Positions 27,874-37,924 of a stretch of DNA of 63,435 nucleotides are shown here, piece by piece. A program made the translations under genes and the position numbers. Source of the DNA: Candidatus Magasanikbacteria bacterium CG11_big_fil_rev_8_21_14_0_20_39_34 (GTDB lineage: Bacteria > Patescibacteriota > Patescibacteriia > Magasanikbacterales > UBA922); contig PCWN01000008.1 in the NCBI GenBank assembly GCA_002787355.1, forward strand, positions 4 to 63,438, in the 5' to 3' direction. How positions within the stretch are numbered: position 1 is the first letter of the stretch; each line of letters opens with the position of its first letter. The notes beneath the pieces are model-generated. The model saw only the letters and a list, made by a program, of their open reading frames with translations. It did no database searches and was not told where the DNA came from.

Positions 27874-29250
27874 ATGGAAAAGCTTATATCTACAAACCCT
27901 GCTAACAACTACAGTATCTTGGGAGACGTGTCAATAAGCAGTTCTGAAGAAATAAACAAAAAAGTCAAAACGGCAAATAATGCAAAACTATATTGGAAAG
28001 AGATAGGTGTACTGAAACGAATTGAATTGCTAAGACCTATTTGTGAAGAATTTAAAAAAAGATCAAATGAAATTGCATCGCTTATATGCAACGAAACGGG
28101 AAAACCAATCCAAGAATGTCAAAGTGAAGCAAATGGCTATACAGATGAATTTGATTGGTTTCTTGAAAATGCCACAAAGACACTTCAAGATGAGATTACC
28201 CATGAAGACGAAACTTCTATCCACAAGATAGTCTACGAGCCTTTTGGTTCAACTGCAGTAATAACACCCTGGAACTTTCCTTTTGGTATGGCCATCTGGG
28301 GTATTGTCCCAAACCTATTAGTCGGAAACACAGTAATATTTAAAATCTCTGAAGAATGCCCCTTAGTGGGAAAACTTATTGAAGATGTATTTAATAACCA
28401 TAATCTCCCCGAAGGGGTATTCGCTGAAATATATGGTAGTGGAGAAGTTGGAAAAGAACTTGCAGAAAGCGACATAAACTTTATTTGGTTTACAGGTAGT
28501 AGCAAGGTTGGACAAGGTTTATATAAAACGGCAGCAACTAAATTTGTAAAAGCACTCCTTGAAATGGGAGGATCAAATCCCTGTATTGTTTTTGAAGACT
28601 CTAACATATCAGAAATAGTCCCAACTATATATGACGGAAGATTTCAAAATTGTGGTCAAGTATGCGATGCCATCAAACGACTTATCGTTCATGAAAATAT
28701 CATCGACGAACTTACAACAGGGCTAAAGCGATATATTGAAACAAAAAAAGTGGGAAATCCCACACTCGAATCTACTGATATTGGAAGTCTCGTTGCACAA
28801 AGACAACTTGTACTTCTCCAAGAGCAACTCGATGATGCAATACAAAAAGGAGCACAGATAGTAACAGGTGGGAAACAGCCGGAAAACCTCCTTGGTGCAT
28901 TCTTTGAGCCAACACTTGTAACAAATGTGAACCGCGAAATGCGGATTTGGAAGGAAGAAGTCTTTGGTCCCCTCCTCCCGATCATCAGTTTTACATCGGA
29001 AGAAGAAGCAATTGAACTTGCCAACGATACACTTTATGGCCTTGGAAGCAGAGTCATTTCAAAAGATTTAGAACGTGCCCAAAGAGTTGCATCAAAAATA
29101 CAAGCAGGGACAGTAGAGATCAATAATGCAAGCCGTTGGCTTTCATGTAACCCTTTTGGTGGGTACAAAAAATCTGGCATGGGACGAGAGCACGGCACAG
29201 TAGGATTTCGAGAGCTGTGTCAGATAAAAGTAATATCCATGAGTAAATAA
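27874..29250 (+). CDS. NAD(P)-dependent aldehyde dehydrogenase
   Basis: PWNFP, FTGS, LEMGG, catalytic GQVC, EEVFGP, PFGGYKKSG. Confidence 0.95.
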   Translation: MEKLISTNPANNYSILGDVSISSSEEINKKVKTANNAKLYWKEIGVLKRIELLRPICEEFKKRSNEIASLICNETGKPIQECQSEANGYTDEFDWFLENATKTLQDEITHEDETSIHKIVYEPFGSTAVITPWNFPFGMAIWGIVPNLLVGNTVIFKISEECPLVGKLIEDVFNNHNLPEGVFAEIYGSGEVGKELAESDINFIWFTGSSKVGQGLYKTAATKFVKALLEMGGSNPCIVFEDSNISEIVPTIYDGRFQNCGQVCDAIKRLIVHENIIDELTTGLKRYIETKKVGNPTLESTDIGSLVAQRQLVLLQEQLDDAIQKGAQIVTGGKQPENLLGAFFEPTLVTNVNREMRIWKEEVFGPLLPIISFTSEEEAIELANDTLYGLGSRVISKDLERAQRVASKIQAGTVEINNASRWLSCNPFGGYKKSGMGREHGTVGFRELCQIKVISMSK

Positions 29251-29303
29251 TTTTTCATGATATGCTTGTTTTCACACATATTCTATCGTCTAAAAAAATA
29301 AAA

Positions 29304-29336
29304 AAAACATCTCATGATATTGAGATGTTTTCTTTT
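29304..29336. terminator. Bidirectional terminator between convergent genes
   Basis: AAAACATCTCA-tgatat-TGAGATGTTTT. Confidence 0.7.
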
Positions 29337-29342
29337 GCATAC

Positions 29343-29717
29343 CTACACGCTCATTAATGGTTGGATTACTTGTTTTCTATGTCGTGTGTCCACTGAAGAA
29401 ACGTCACCACAATTTCTTTTGGAAACCCAACTATGTTTCACTCCTGGTAGAACAAGCGTAAGTGCTCGCTCAGGAAGTGATATATACACATCTCCATAAA
29501 AGAGATCAAGCGCTTTGGATTTATATAATGATAGAAAGGTATGTTTATGCTCTTTTGTTTTTTCCTTTTTCTTAACCTCTTCCTCACCATGAGAACCCAC
29601 TGGAATACTTTCATAAAGTTCCTTATTTTGAGTTAAGTCCGCCACCAAAAATGGCCCCTTGACAGTAAATGTCACACCCTCAAGGGAAGAGAAGTACCCT
29701 TCAATTTTTGTTTTCAT
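29343..29717 (-). CDS. Hypothetical protein
   Basis: 124-aa ORF ending at the terminator, divergent from the TrmB gene; no recognisable motif. Confidence 0.45.
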   Translation of the reverse strand: MKTKIEGYFSSLEGVTFTVKGPFLVADLTQNKELYESIPVGSHGEEEVKKKEKTKEHKHTFLSLYKSKALDLFYGDVYISLPERALTLVLPGVKHSWVSKRNCGDVSSVDTRHRKQVIQPLMSV

Positions 29718-29766
29718 ATAGAAATATATTAGTAAGTTATATTGCTATATTAGATGGTTCAATATT

Positions 29767-29808
29767 ATTTGTAAAACTGTTGACACAGTTTGACAAATAT
29801 GCTAAAGT
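29767..29808 (+). promoter_or_regulatory. Promoter with an overlapping palindromic operator
   Basis: TTGACA (29780), 17 bp, TAAAGT with TGn. Inverted repeat ATTTGTaAAACTGT-tgac-ACAGTTTgACAAAT covers the -35. Confidence 0.65.
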
Positions 29809-29815
29809 TATGCAT

Positions 29816-30571
29816 ATGAATACACTCCTCATAGATACAAAAGAAAAATCTATACTAGCAGCTCTCTACAAAAGTGGGCAGTCTTCTGTTTCAAATTTGG
29901 CAAAGGTAACCCTTATTAACCGTACAACACTCTATCCCCTACTCGAAAAACTTGTAAAAAAAGGTTTAGTAAGTAATGTACAATTCGAAGGAAAAAATCT
30001 TTATGAGGCTATATCCTTACATGACTTAAAATTGTGGGCTGAGAGAAAGAAGAATGAATCTATACAAACAACAAACGAATTTTTTGACTGGGCAAAAGAA
30101 CAAACGCAAGGTCCAAAAAATATTCTTCTAACTGATATAAAATATTTTGAAGGTCTAGATGGTGTAAAGAACCTCTATCATGATACATGGAGGAATAATT
30201 CAGAAAAAATGATTTATGCTTTAACCGATTATGAAAAAGCATATGATATTGTTGGTGATGAATTTTTAAGAAATGATTATTTTAAACAAAGAGTTAACCA
30301 CGGAGTTCATGTAAAAAGTCTCCTACCAAATTCTGAAATAGGAAAACATGATATAACAATGGCAAAAGAATTGCTACGAGACATGAGATTCATTGACTTG
30401 TTTCAAGACCTTGGAATCGAGATTAATCTCTATGACAACAAAGTTGCGATTTTTGCTTTTGATAAGCATCGGCCATCTGGAATACTTATAAAAAATCAAA
30501 CCATAGCCAAAGCATTTAAACATATTTTTGAATACCTTTGGAAAAATGGAAAATCACCAAATTCTATTTAA
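29816..30571 (+). CDS. TrmB-family transcriptional regulator
   Basis: N-terminal wHTH (INRTTLYPLLEKLVKKGLVS), YFEGLDGVK, EINLYDNKVAI. Start after the promoter, probably leaderless. Confidence 0.85.
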   Translation: MNTLLIDTKEKSILAALYKSGQSSVSNLAKVTLINRTTLYPLLEKLVKKGLVSNVQFEGKNLYEAISLHDLKLWAERKKNESIQTTNEFFDWAKEQTQGPKNILLTDIKYFEGLDGVKNLYHDTWRNNSEKMIYALTDYEKAYDIVGDEFLRNDYFKQRVNHGVHVKSLLPNSEIGKHDITMAKELLRDMRFIDLFQDLGIEINLYDNKVAIFAFDKHRPSGILIKNQTIAKAFKHIFEYLWKNGKSPNSI

Positions 30572-30595
30572 AAAATAAAATACCCAAAATTTACT

Positions 30596-31447
30596 ATGCA
30601 GTACAAGAGACTTGTAACTGAAGGACAAATACCTGTACTTGGCCTCGGTACATGGCTTATTGGTGGTGGACAAGAGCCTGACTATACTGATGATAAAAAT
30701 GCCATTTCAACAATTAAAAACGCTATACATCTTGGTTATACACATATTGATACTGCTGAAATGTATGGAGGTGGGCATACGGAAGAGCTAGTAGGAAAAG
30801 CAATTCAGGACTTTTCACGCAAAGAAATTTTTGTTACAACAAAAGTGAGAAATACAAAACTAAGATATAATGACGTTCTCCAGTCAGTCAAAGAAAGCTT
30901 ACATAGACTTCAAACAAATTATATTGATTTGCTTCTTATACATGCACCAAGTAATACGATACCAATCAGTGAAACTCTACGTGCTTTCGATTCCCTAGTC
31001 GAAGCAAAATTAGTTAAATATATTGGTGTAAGTAATTTTCAAGTAGACCAGCTTATTGAAGCGCAACAACATACCAAGAATAAAATAGTGGCCAATCAAA
31101 TTGAGTATAGTCTTCTCACACGAAATACCGGAAGATATGCAGAAAATAAAGATATGGAAACAAAAACTATCCCCTACTGTCAGCAAAATAATATTATTAT
31201 CATAGCGGAACGACCAATTGAAAGAGGTCTACTCTTAAAAAGCCACCCTCTTTTAGACAAGCTGGAAGTAAAGTATAATAAAACCAAAGCACAGATTGCT
31301 ATAAACTGGTTAATCTCTAAGCAAAATGTGGTAACAATCCCAAAGTCCACAAACGAGAAAAGACTTATGGAAAATTTAGGAGCCCTCGGCTGGAAAATGG
31401 ATAAAGAAGATACGAAGCTTTTAGATGAAGCTCAATTTGTTTCATAG
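30596..31447 (+). CDS. Aldo/keto reductase
   Basis: LGLGTW, IDTAEMYG, IDLLLIH, IGVSNF, IPKS. Confidence 0.95.
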   Translation: MQYKRLVTEGQIPVLGLGTWLIGGGQEPDYTDDKNAISTIKNAIHLGYTHIDTAEMYGGGHTEELVGKAIQDFSRKEIFVTTKVRNTKLRYNDVLQSVKESLHRLQTNYIDLLLIHAPSNTIPISETLRAFDSLVEAKLVKYIGVSNFQVDQLIEAQQHTKNKIVANQIEYSLLTRNTGRYAENKDMETKTIPYCQQNNIIIIAERPIERGLLLKSHPLLDKLEVKYNKTKAQIAINWLISKQNVVTIPKSTNEKRLMENLGALGWKMDKEDTKLLDEAQFVS

Positions 31448-31491
31448 CCATAAAACAAAAATCATTCCCCAATCATTAATCTATTTTACCT

Positions 31492-32832
31492 ATGGAAATA
31501 TCTTCCGGAAATATTTTTCTCATTGCCTTTTATTTTATTGTTATCTTTGCCATTGGTTTTTGGGTAAAAAAGAAGGAAAGTGTACGCGAATACTTAAATG
31601 CAGATAGAAAAATTGGTCTTCTGCAAACAACCGCTTCCATCTCTGCCGTCATGGGAGGAATGATACTGGTGGCACAAGCCACACTTGGATTTCAAATGGG
31701 TATAGCTGCAGCTTGGTACTTTATTGGCATTGCAATTGGGATGACATTTATAGGAGTCTGCGCGAAAAAAATGAAAAAAATCACGGAAGAAAAAAACCTT
31801 CTTACACTTGCAGATTATTTTAAAGAAAAACTTGATCATAAAAATAAAATCCTCTCAGCAATTATAATTTTCATTGCACTTTTTGCTTTACTGGTAGGAC
31901 AATTTATTGCCGCTGGAAGTCTCTTCTCCCCTCTTTTGGGTATTCACTATGCCTATGCTGTTTTGTTAACTATGGCTGGAGTCCTTGCATATCTTGTCCT
32001 TGGTGGTTTCAAGGCGGTAGTAAAAACAGATGTACTACAATTTCTCATCATGGCAGTAGTATTTGGTTCCATACTTTTTGTAATAGATATTGGAGAATAC
32101 ACGCCCTCACAAATAAGTATAACTTCTATTGGCGGATCATATATCTTTTCTTTCCTCATTATTGGTGCCTTTGCAATGATTAGCGGAGCAGATATCTGGC
32201 AGAGAGTATTTGCAGCAAAAAATGCAAAAACAGCCCGCAATGCATCCTTTTTATCTGCCGGAATTTTTTTGTTATTTGGTATAGTAATCACAGTCATTGG
32301 CATGGCGGCAAAAAATCATTTCCCCGATATTAAACCTGAAGAAGCTCTCTACCATGGACTTTTTCAACTTATTCCCCTACCACTTGTAGGTATTGCCGTG
32401 GTCTTTGTTTTAGCAGCTATTATGTCTACCATAGATACTGAACTTTTTTACCTCTCATCAAGTCTTTCAAAAGATTTTCTCAAAAAAGAAACGACTCTTC
32501 CAGAAGAAAAACTTGCAAAAAATATACAAAAATATATTCTTGTTTTGGCATGTGTTTCCGCAGTTACCGCAATTGTATTTTCAAATATCCTTACTATTCT
32601 TTTTGGTATAGTAAGCCTTTCACTTGCAATTTCCCCTGTACTGGGAGCATCTTTCATTTGGAAAATAAAAAACAATGCTGCCTTTTTAAGTATGCTCGCT
32701 GGACTTCTCAGTCTTGTACTTCTCACAGTTACCGGAAATTTTAATGCAGATAACTCTATCCTTCCACTTCCAACAGCAATTATCTTTCTCATCATTGGCC
32801 AAATAATTTTTAGAAAAAATAAATCAAAATAA
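31492..32832 (+). CDS. Sodium:solute symporter (SSS/PutP-like)
   Basis: About 13 TMs, YLVLGGFKAVVKTDVLQ, WQRVFAAK, AAIMSTID. Confidence 0.9.
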   Translation: MEISSGNIFLIAFYFIVIFAIGFWVKKKESVREYLNADRKIGLLQTTASISAVMGGMILVAQATLGFQMGIAAAWYFIGIAIGMTFIGVCAKKMKKITEEKNLLTLADYFKEKLDHKNKILSAIIIFIALFALLVGQFIAAGSLFSPLLGIHYAYAVLLTMAGVLAYLVLGGFKAVVKTDVLQFLIMAVVFGSILFVIDIGEYTPSQISITSIGGSYIFSFLIIGAFAMISGADIWQRVFAAKNAKTARNASFLSAGIFLLFGIVITVIGMAAKNHFPDIKPEEALYHGLFQLIPLPLVGIAVVFVLAAIMSTIDTELFYLSSSLSKDFLKKETTLPEEKLAKNIQKYILVLACVSAVTAIVFSNILTILFGIVSLSLAISPVLGASFIWKIKNNAAFLSMLAGLLSLVLLTVTGNFNADNSILPLPTAIIFLIIGQIIFRKNKSK

Positions 32833-32837
32833 AAAAT

Positions 32838-33644
32838 ATGAATGTCCAAACAGATCCAAAAAAGTTAGTCACAGGTCAATATAAAGACACCAAGCCACTC
32901 AATATAAGACAGGCATATAATGATCAATTTAAGCCAAGAATAGACCTAGACGAAGAGATAAGAAAGGTACTCCAAAATGACAAAACTGGAGATATTCTTG
33001 ATATTGGCTGTGGAAATGGAAATACGCTTATCTATCTGCGAAAAAATGGCTTTTCTGGAAAAATGATAGGAATTGATATATCTGATGGAATTATGCAACC
33101 AGGGAAAAAAGTAGCAAGTGAATGCCATCTGGAATTCCAAAATGCTTCTGCAGATAATCTTCCCTTTGGGGAAAATACATTTGATATAGTTATTGCCAGA
33201 CACATGCTCTACCACATGCCAGATGTTGCAAAAGTAATGCAAGAGGTAAAACGAGTTCTCAAGCCCGGTGGAAAATTTATCATCACTCTCAATTCCATGG
33301 ATAATAAACCAATTTTTAACCATATTATTCAAAAGATAAAAGAAAAATTTGGTTTTGTTATTGTTCGTAATGCAAATGTAATCAACACAGAAAATATACA
33401 ACGTTTTCTTGCACCACATTTTTCTTTTTCAGTATACGAATTTCGTACTTCATATCCAATAGAAAGTACCTCCCCATTTATTGAATATTTTAAAACCTAC
33501 CAAACTACATTTGAACGAGAACTCACGGAATCGGAATGGAGAGATGTTCTTACCGAGGCAGAAAGAGAGCTTTCCTCTTTGATGGCAAAAGATTCAAACC
33601 TTCACGAATATAATGTTGGCTCTGTAATCACAGCAAATTTATAA
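32838..33644 (+). CDS. Class I SAM-dependent methyltransferase
   Basis: ILDIGCGNG, LPFGENTFD, HMLYH, RVLKPGG. Confidence 0.9.
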   Translation: MNVQTDPKKLVTGQYKDTKPLNIRQAYNDQFKPRIDLDEEIRKVLQNDKTGDILDIGCGNGNTLIYLRKNGFSGKMIGIDISDGIMQPGKKVASECHLEFQNASADNLPFGENTFDIVIARHMLYHMPDVAKVMQEVKRVLKPGGKFIITLNSMDNKPIFNHIIQKIKEKFGFVIVRNANVINTENIQRFLAPHFSFSVYEFRTSYPIESTSPFIEYFKTYQTTFERELTESEWRDVLTEAERELSSLMAKDSNLHEYNVGSVITANL

Positions 33645-33716
33645 GTACTGTGAATATCTTCCACAACTAGTTGGGACCCCAAATACATTTATGGTATAAT
33701 ACCAAAAAATAATCCC

Positions 33717-35042
33717 ATGTTTTTCACTAAAAAAGCCCACACGCTTCTACGTATACTTTCTATTGGTATTTTGCTTACATACCCGGTTTTGGTGTATGCA
33801 ACAACCGTAACAGATAGCAGTTGTACAGGAGAATTTGGAAGTGGTACCAACAGTGATACCCAATGTACAAGTGAACAAGTAGAGCTTGATTCTACCGGTC
33901 TTACCAATGGTTCTGGAAATTTTACTTCTCGTATTATTGATGCAGGATCTTCTGTTACCTGGAGTTCTCTTGCTTGGACACCAAACTATCCTTATCTCAA
34001 AAATCTTCCAAATTCCGCTGGGGCTGAGTCGGCCTATACCAATGGAAATGCTAACATGTCAAACAATCTTCTCCTCTGGCATTTAGATGAGGCTTCAGGT
34101 AATTTTACGGATTCGTCTGGGAATTCCCACACCGGAACAGCAACAGGAGCCACAGCAGGTGGAACCGGTATACTTAATAACGCCGTAACCTTTGACGGCA
34201 ATGACTATGTTACCGCATCCAATGATTCAGATCTTGCACGTGTGGGTGACTTTACTGTTTCTGCATGGATTAAAGATACATCTGGAAACTATACCATCAC
34301 AGCAGGAATAGCTGGAAAAATTCAGCTGCTTTCTTCCCCATCACGATACTATGGATACTCTCTTTCAAAATCTGGTGGATGGCTACAATTTTATACGGGC
34401 AATTCTACAGGAGCCTTTGTGGTATCAGATGCACAATCTCTAGATGCCAACTGGCATTTTGTTGTAGGTGTCATAAGTAGTGGGACAAATTACCTGTATG
34501 TAGATGGTGTACTCCAATCAGGATCAGCAAGCACCATTTATACAGACCAAGGAAGTTTTACTATTGGAAAAAATTTCAGCAATACAAATAACTTTTATTG
34601 GATAGGAAACATCGATGAGGTATCCGTTTGGAATCGAGCTCTTTCTGGAACTGAAATTTTAAACATGTACAAACGTGGCGCACTCCGTCTTAAATATCAA
34701 GTAAGAAGTTGTGATGATAATGCCTGTAGTGGAGAAACATTTGCTGGACCAGATGGCACAGGATCGAGTTACTACTCAGAACTTACCACTTCTACCGATG
34801 CGCTTCCTAGCAAAACCCTAACCAATGTTTCAGATAATGAATATTTCCAGTATAAAGCTTTCTTTGAAACTTCTAGTACCACACTTACTCCTGAACTTTT
34901 GGATGTCACCATTACACACTCTGCACCTACCCTTGGTGTACCTGAGTTTTCCGATGCTCTCTATATTGTAACCATCCTCTTTGGTCTCTATTACCTTATT
35001 CGATTCTCTTCCCAATTCCCCATCCATCCTTCTAATACGTAA
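33717..35042 (+). CDS. Secreted LamG/concanavalin-like protein with a C-terminal VPEF-TM sorting signal
   Basis: Signal peptide; WHLDE, FTVSAW, WHFVVG, LYVDG, GNIDEVSVWNRALS; VPEF followed by a hydrophobic helix. Confidence 0.85.
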   Translation: MFFTKKAHTLLRILSIGILLTYPVLVYATTVTDSSCTGEFGSGTNSDTQCTSEQVELDSTGLTNGSGNFTSRIIDAGSSVTWSSLAWTPNYPYLKNLPNSAGAESAYTNGNANMSNNLLLWHLDEASGNFTDSSGNSHTGTATGATAGGTGILNNAVTFDGNDYVTASNDSDLARVGDFTVSAWIKDTSGNYTITAGIAGKIQLLSSPSRYYGYSLSKSGGWLQFYTGNSTGAFVVSDAQSLDANWHFVVGVISSGTNYLYVDGVLQSGSASTIYTDQGSFTIGKNFSNTNNFYWIGNIDEVSVWNRALSGTEILNMYKRGALRLKYQVRSCDDNACSGETFAGPDGTGSSYYSELTTSTDALPSKTLTNVSDNEYFQYKAFFETSSTTLTPELLDVTITHSAPTLGVPEFSDALYIVTILFGLYYLIRFSSQFPIHPSNT

Positions 35043-35223
35043 AATTTAAAATAATTACACCCCTTACAACAAGTTAAATTGTCCCAAATTTTTGACCTTT
35101 TTAAAAAAAGTTTTTTTGACGTTTCTTAATTTTTATCCATTCTATATAAGGTTGCATTAAAAATAAAAATACGCTACTATATCTATAATTTGACTGAGTA
35201 TAAAATATCTATTTCTTTCAAAA

Positions 35224-36090
35224 ATGATTTTAAAAGAACTCTACAAAATAGTTTACCTTGGATCTCAAAAACCCTTATTTTTTTGGTTAGATCAGTACAA
35301 TCGTATACGAAAAAATGTTCTTTTAGAGCCTGAAATGAATACTCAACGACTACACGAAACCAATGTCAAATTAAATTTTCAAAAACTCATAAAAATTTTT
35401 GAAGAAAAAAATCCGAATGAACTTGATTTAGCAAAAGCACTCGATAGTCTTTCTCCAATTTTCTCTATTGACAACACAAAAAAAGATATACTGAAACTGG
35501 TGAATGATTATATACAAAAATCGGTTACTTTTGTAAACCTGGCACAAAAAACAGAGTCCTTTCGGTTGAAACGAGCACAAATATCTATACACTGGTCCCA
35601 AAAAGAAAAAACAGAATTTGATGACCGATTATTTAAAAATGAAGGAATGCAATTTTGCTTGGAGTACTATTTAACAATTTATAAAAAAATTATAGATGCA
35701 ACTTCAATTGAGGAAAAGAAAAGTTATATTGAAAATACCCAAGTAGATTTGGGAGCAGGGGGTGTTCCTGGCCTTTGGACTGATTTTCAAAGTATGGATG
35801 TTGCAGAAAAGTTTATTTTTTTAATACTTGACGATGATTTGCGGAATGCCCTACTTGATATATACTTTGAAACTCGTATTCGGTTTATGAAGTTACATGT
35901 TATAAAAAATAAACAAGAACAACCCCACATTGACTATGCCGGTATTTCCCTTGAAGAACTCATCCTCTCTTTTCGTCAGTTGCTCCTTGTTTTTTTATCT
36001 ACTTACCAAAAACAAGGAACTGAACAGCTAAAAAGTTACTTTTTTACCCCCTACGGTAATAAACCCCTTATTCGTGATATTCACTTATAA
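35224..36090 (+). CDS. Hypothetical protein
   Basis: 288-aa ORF, first of a tightly spaced run. Confidence 0.6.
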   Translation: MILKELYKIVYLGSQKPLFFWLDQYNRIRKNVLLEPEMNTQRLHETNVKLNFQKLIKIFEEKNPNELDLAKALDSLSPIFSIDNTKKDILKLVNDYIQKSVTFVNLAQKTESFRLKRAQISIHWSQKEKTEFDDRLFKNEGMQFCLEYYLTIYKKIIDATSIEEKKSYIENTQVDLGAGGVPGLWTDFQSMDVAEKFIFLILDDDLRNALLDIYFETRIRFMKLHVIKNKQEQPHIDYAGISLEELILSFRQLLLVFLSTYQKQGTEQLKSYFFTPYGNKPLIRDIHL

Positions 36091-36092
36091 AT

Positions 36093-37208
36093 ATGGAAAT
36101 GGAGCATACAGATTTGGAGCAAGAGGTAAACCCTGAACTTAAAGAAGATGCACAAAATTCAGCTGATTCTTTAAATTTAGAAGAGGTTGATGCCCATGCA
36201 GTGCAAGAAAAATTGCTTCATGAAAATAGAAAAAGAGAAACTGAAAATGATATAGAATTTCTTGAAAAAAGGCATTCTTCTCTTGAAGAATCTCGTAAAA
36301 ATTATATAGATACCTATCGAAACTTTTTAAAAGCAAAGCGGGAAAATGCCTCCAATGATACCTTAGCTTATATACAGCAACAACTTGATAATGATAGACG
36401 TTCATATCTAGATTCTAAAAATAATTATGCTGAGGCACTGGTAGAAATAAAAAAATCAAATCTTACCAATGATTCACTAAAAAGTGAAGAAGAAATTCAG
36501 ACAGAAATTGAAAATTACATCCGTACAGAAATTTTTCATCGTCTTGTAATTGAAGAAGAAGAACGTCTTCAAGCAGAAAAAGCGGATTCTTATCCCCCAA
36601 AGGAAACCGGAGTAATTCGAAAGTTATATAATTATTGGGATAACCTGGGAACCGTACAAAAAACGTTAGTAACTACTGCCATTGCGACAGGTATAGCTTT
36701 TACGAGTGCTGCAACTTCCAAAGAAGGTGCGCCTTCTGGAATTGAGACAGCAGGAGTTGCGCTCTTTTTTGCTAAAAAGTTTGTGTCAAGTCTTGCACAA
36801 GATGTTTTTTCAGGATTTGTTGGACTTGGGGTAAATAATATTCTTACAAAAAAAATTGAAAATAGCCACAGTTCAAATGTTGAAGAGCTCAAAAAAGAAT
36901 CCACTTTAAATAACTTAGATATAATGACACAAAAATACCATGACTTATTAGAAAAAAAAGCTACCAAGGGAAGTGCTGCTCTTGTTGCCTCCTTATTATC
37001 TGCTTTTGCATCAGGAAAGGCCTTTGATATTGGTATGGATTTTTTAAAAAATGCGACTATGCTAGGAAATTTCACAACGCAAACTACAGTAACCCTTGAA
37101 AATACAACCGATGTCATGGATCGTGTTGGTGCCACGGAAACAATAACAAAAGTATCATCAAAATTTTTTAAAACAATATATAAATTGTTTAAAATTAATA
37201 ATAAATAA
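36093..37208 (+). CDS. Hypothetical coiled-coil protein with Gly/Ala-rich hydrophobic segments
   Basis: Acidic coiled-coil N-terminal half, small-residue helices in the C-terminal half. Confidence 0.6.
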   Translation: MEMEHTDLEQEVNPELKEDAQNSADSLNLEEVDAHAVQEKLLHENRKRETENDIEFLEKRHSSLEESRKNYIDTYRNFLKAKRENASNDTLAYIQQQLDNDRRSYLDSKNNYAEALVEIKKSNLTNDSLKSEEEIQTEIENYIRTEIFHRLVIEEEERLQAEKADSYPPKETGVIRKLYNYWDNLGTVQKTLVTTAIATGIAFTSAATSKEGAPSGIETAGVALFFAKKFVSSLAQDVFSGFVGLGVNNILTKKIENSHSSNVEELKKESTLNNLDIMTQKYHDLLEKKATKGSAALVASLLSAFASGKAFDIGMDFLKNATMLGNFTTQTTVTLENTTDVMDRVGATETITKVSSKFFKTIYKLFKINNK

Positions 37209-37217
37209 CACGTTTGT

Positions 37218-37538
37218 ATGGCAATACTCACAGCGGAACTTACCCAAAATATAATTGCCCTATTTGGTCTTGAAAAACTCAACCAACATGATTTGGAACA
37301 GGCGCTAGACAGAATTGGAAAAATTATTTTCTCACGGGTTACCCTAAAAGTGGTAGAAATATTACCACCAGAAAAACTTGAGGAGTTTCAAATAGCAATC
37401 GAATCAGAAGAAAAAAATCCAGGGTGTACACTCGCATTCTTAGAGACAAATATTCCACATTTTTTTGACTTGGTTAATGATGAAATATCTAGCTTTAAAA
37501 AGGAATCCGACGAGTTAATGAAAGCATCGTCTCTCTAA
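37218..37538 (+). CDS. DUF5663-like small helical protein
   Basis: NIIALFGLEKL...IGKIIFSRV...FLETNIPHF..LV.DEI pattern. Confidence 0.6.
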   Translation: MAILTAELTQNIIALFGLEKLNQHDLEQALDRIGKIIFSRVTLKVVEILPPEKLEEFQIAIESEEKNPGCTLAFLETNIPHFFDLVNDEISSFKKESDELMKASSL

Positions 37539-37558
37539 ATATAATAGTAAACAAAATT

Positions 37559-37915
37559 ATGCCAAACCATCACTATACGGGTAGCTGCCATTGCGGCACA
37601 GTAAAATTTACCGTAGACACTTCTCTTGATAAAACCATCACCTGTGATTGTTCCATGTGCAACCGTGCTGGAACTATTCTTGCCTTTGTGCCGGAGGGCC
37701 AATTTACGCTCCTTTCCGGAGAGGAATCTTTAACCAACTATCAATTCAACAAAAAACGTATTGATCACCTTTTTTGCAAAATTTGTGGAATTAAGCCCTT
37801 TGGTCGTGGTAAAGACGATGCAGGAAACTCTATGATTGCCGTAAATGTACGCTGCCTTGACGGTGTGGATACACAAACACTCAATCCACAGCACTACAAT
37901 GGAAAGGACCTCTAA
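37559..37915 (+). CDS. GFA/CENP-V family zinc protein
   Basis: GSCHCG, CDCSMC, FCKICG. Confidence 0.92.
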   Translation: MPNHHYTGSCHCGTVKFTVDTSLDKTITCDCSMCNRAGTILAFVPEGQFTLLSGEESLTNYQFNKKRIDHLFCKICGIKPFGRGKDDAGNSMIAVNVRCLDGVDTQTLNPQHYNGKDL

Positions 37916-37924
37916 ACGCTTCCT

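Noticed and set aside
29669-29815. ORF-track N-terminal extension of TrmB
   Set aside because: Overlaps the divergent gene and the promoter/operator; the wHTH begins after 29816.
33645-33680. Minus strand reads VVEDIHS, like the EDVRT att arm
   Set aside because: No GTTC motif, no tRNA-end core and no following terminator; probably chance.
36632-37282. 216-aa antisense ORF and the many other short antisense ORFs
   Set aside because: They lie opposite coherent genes and have no motifs or expression signals.
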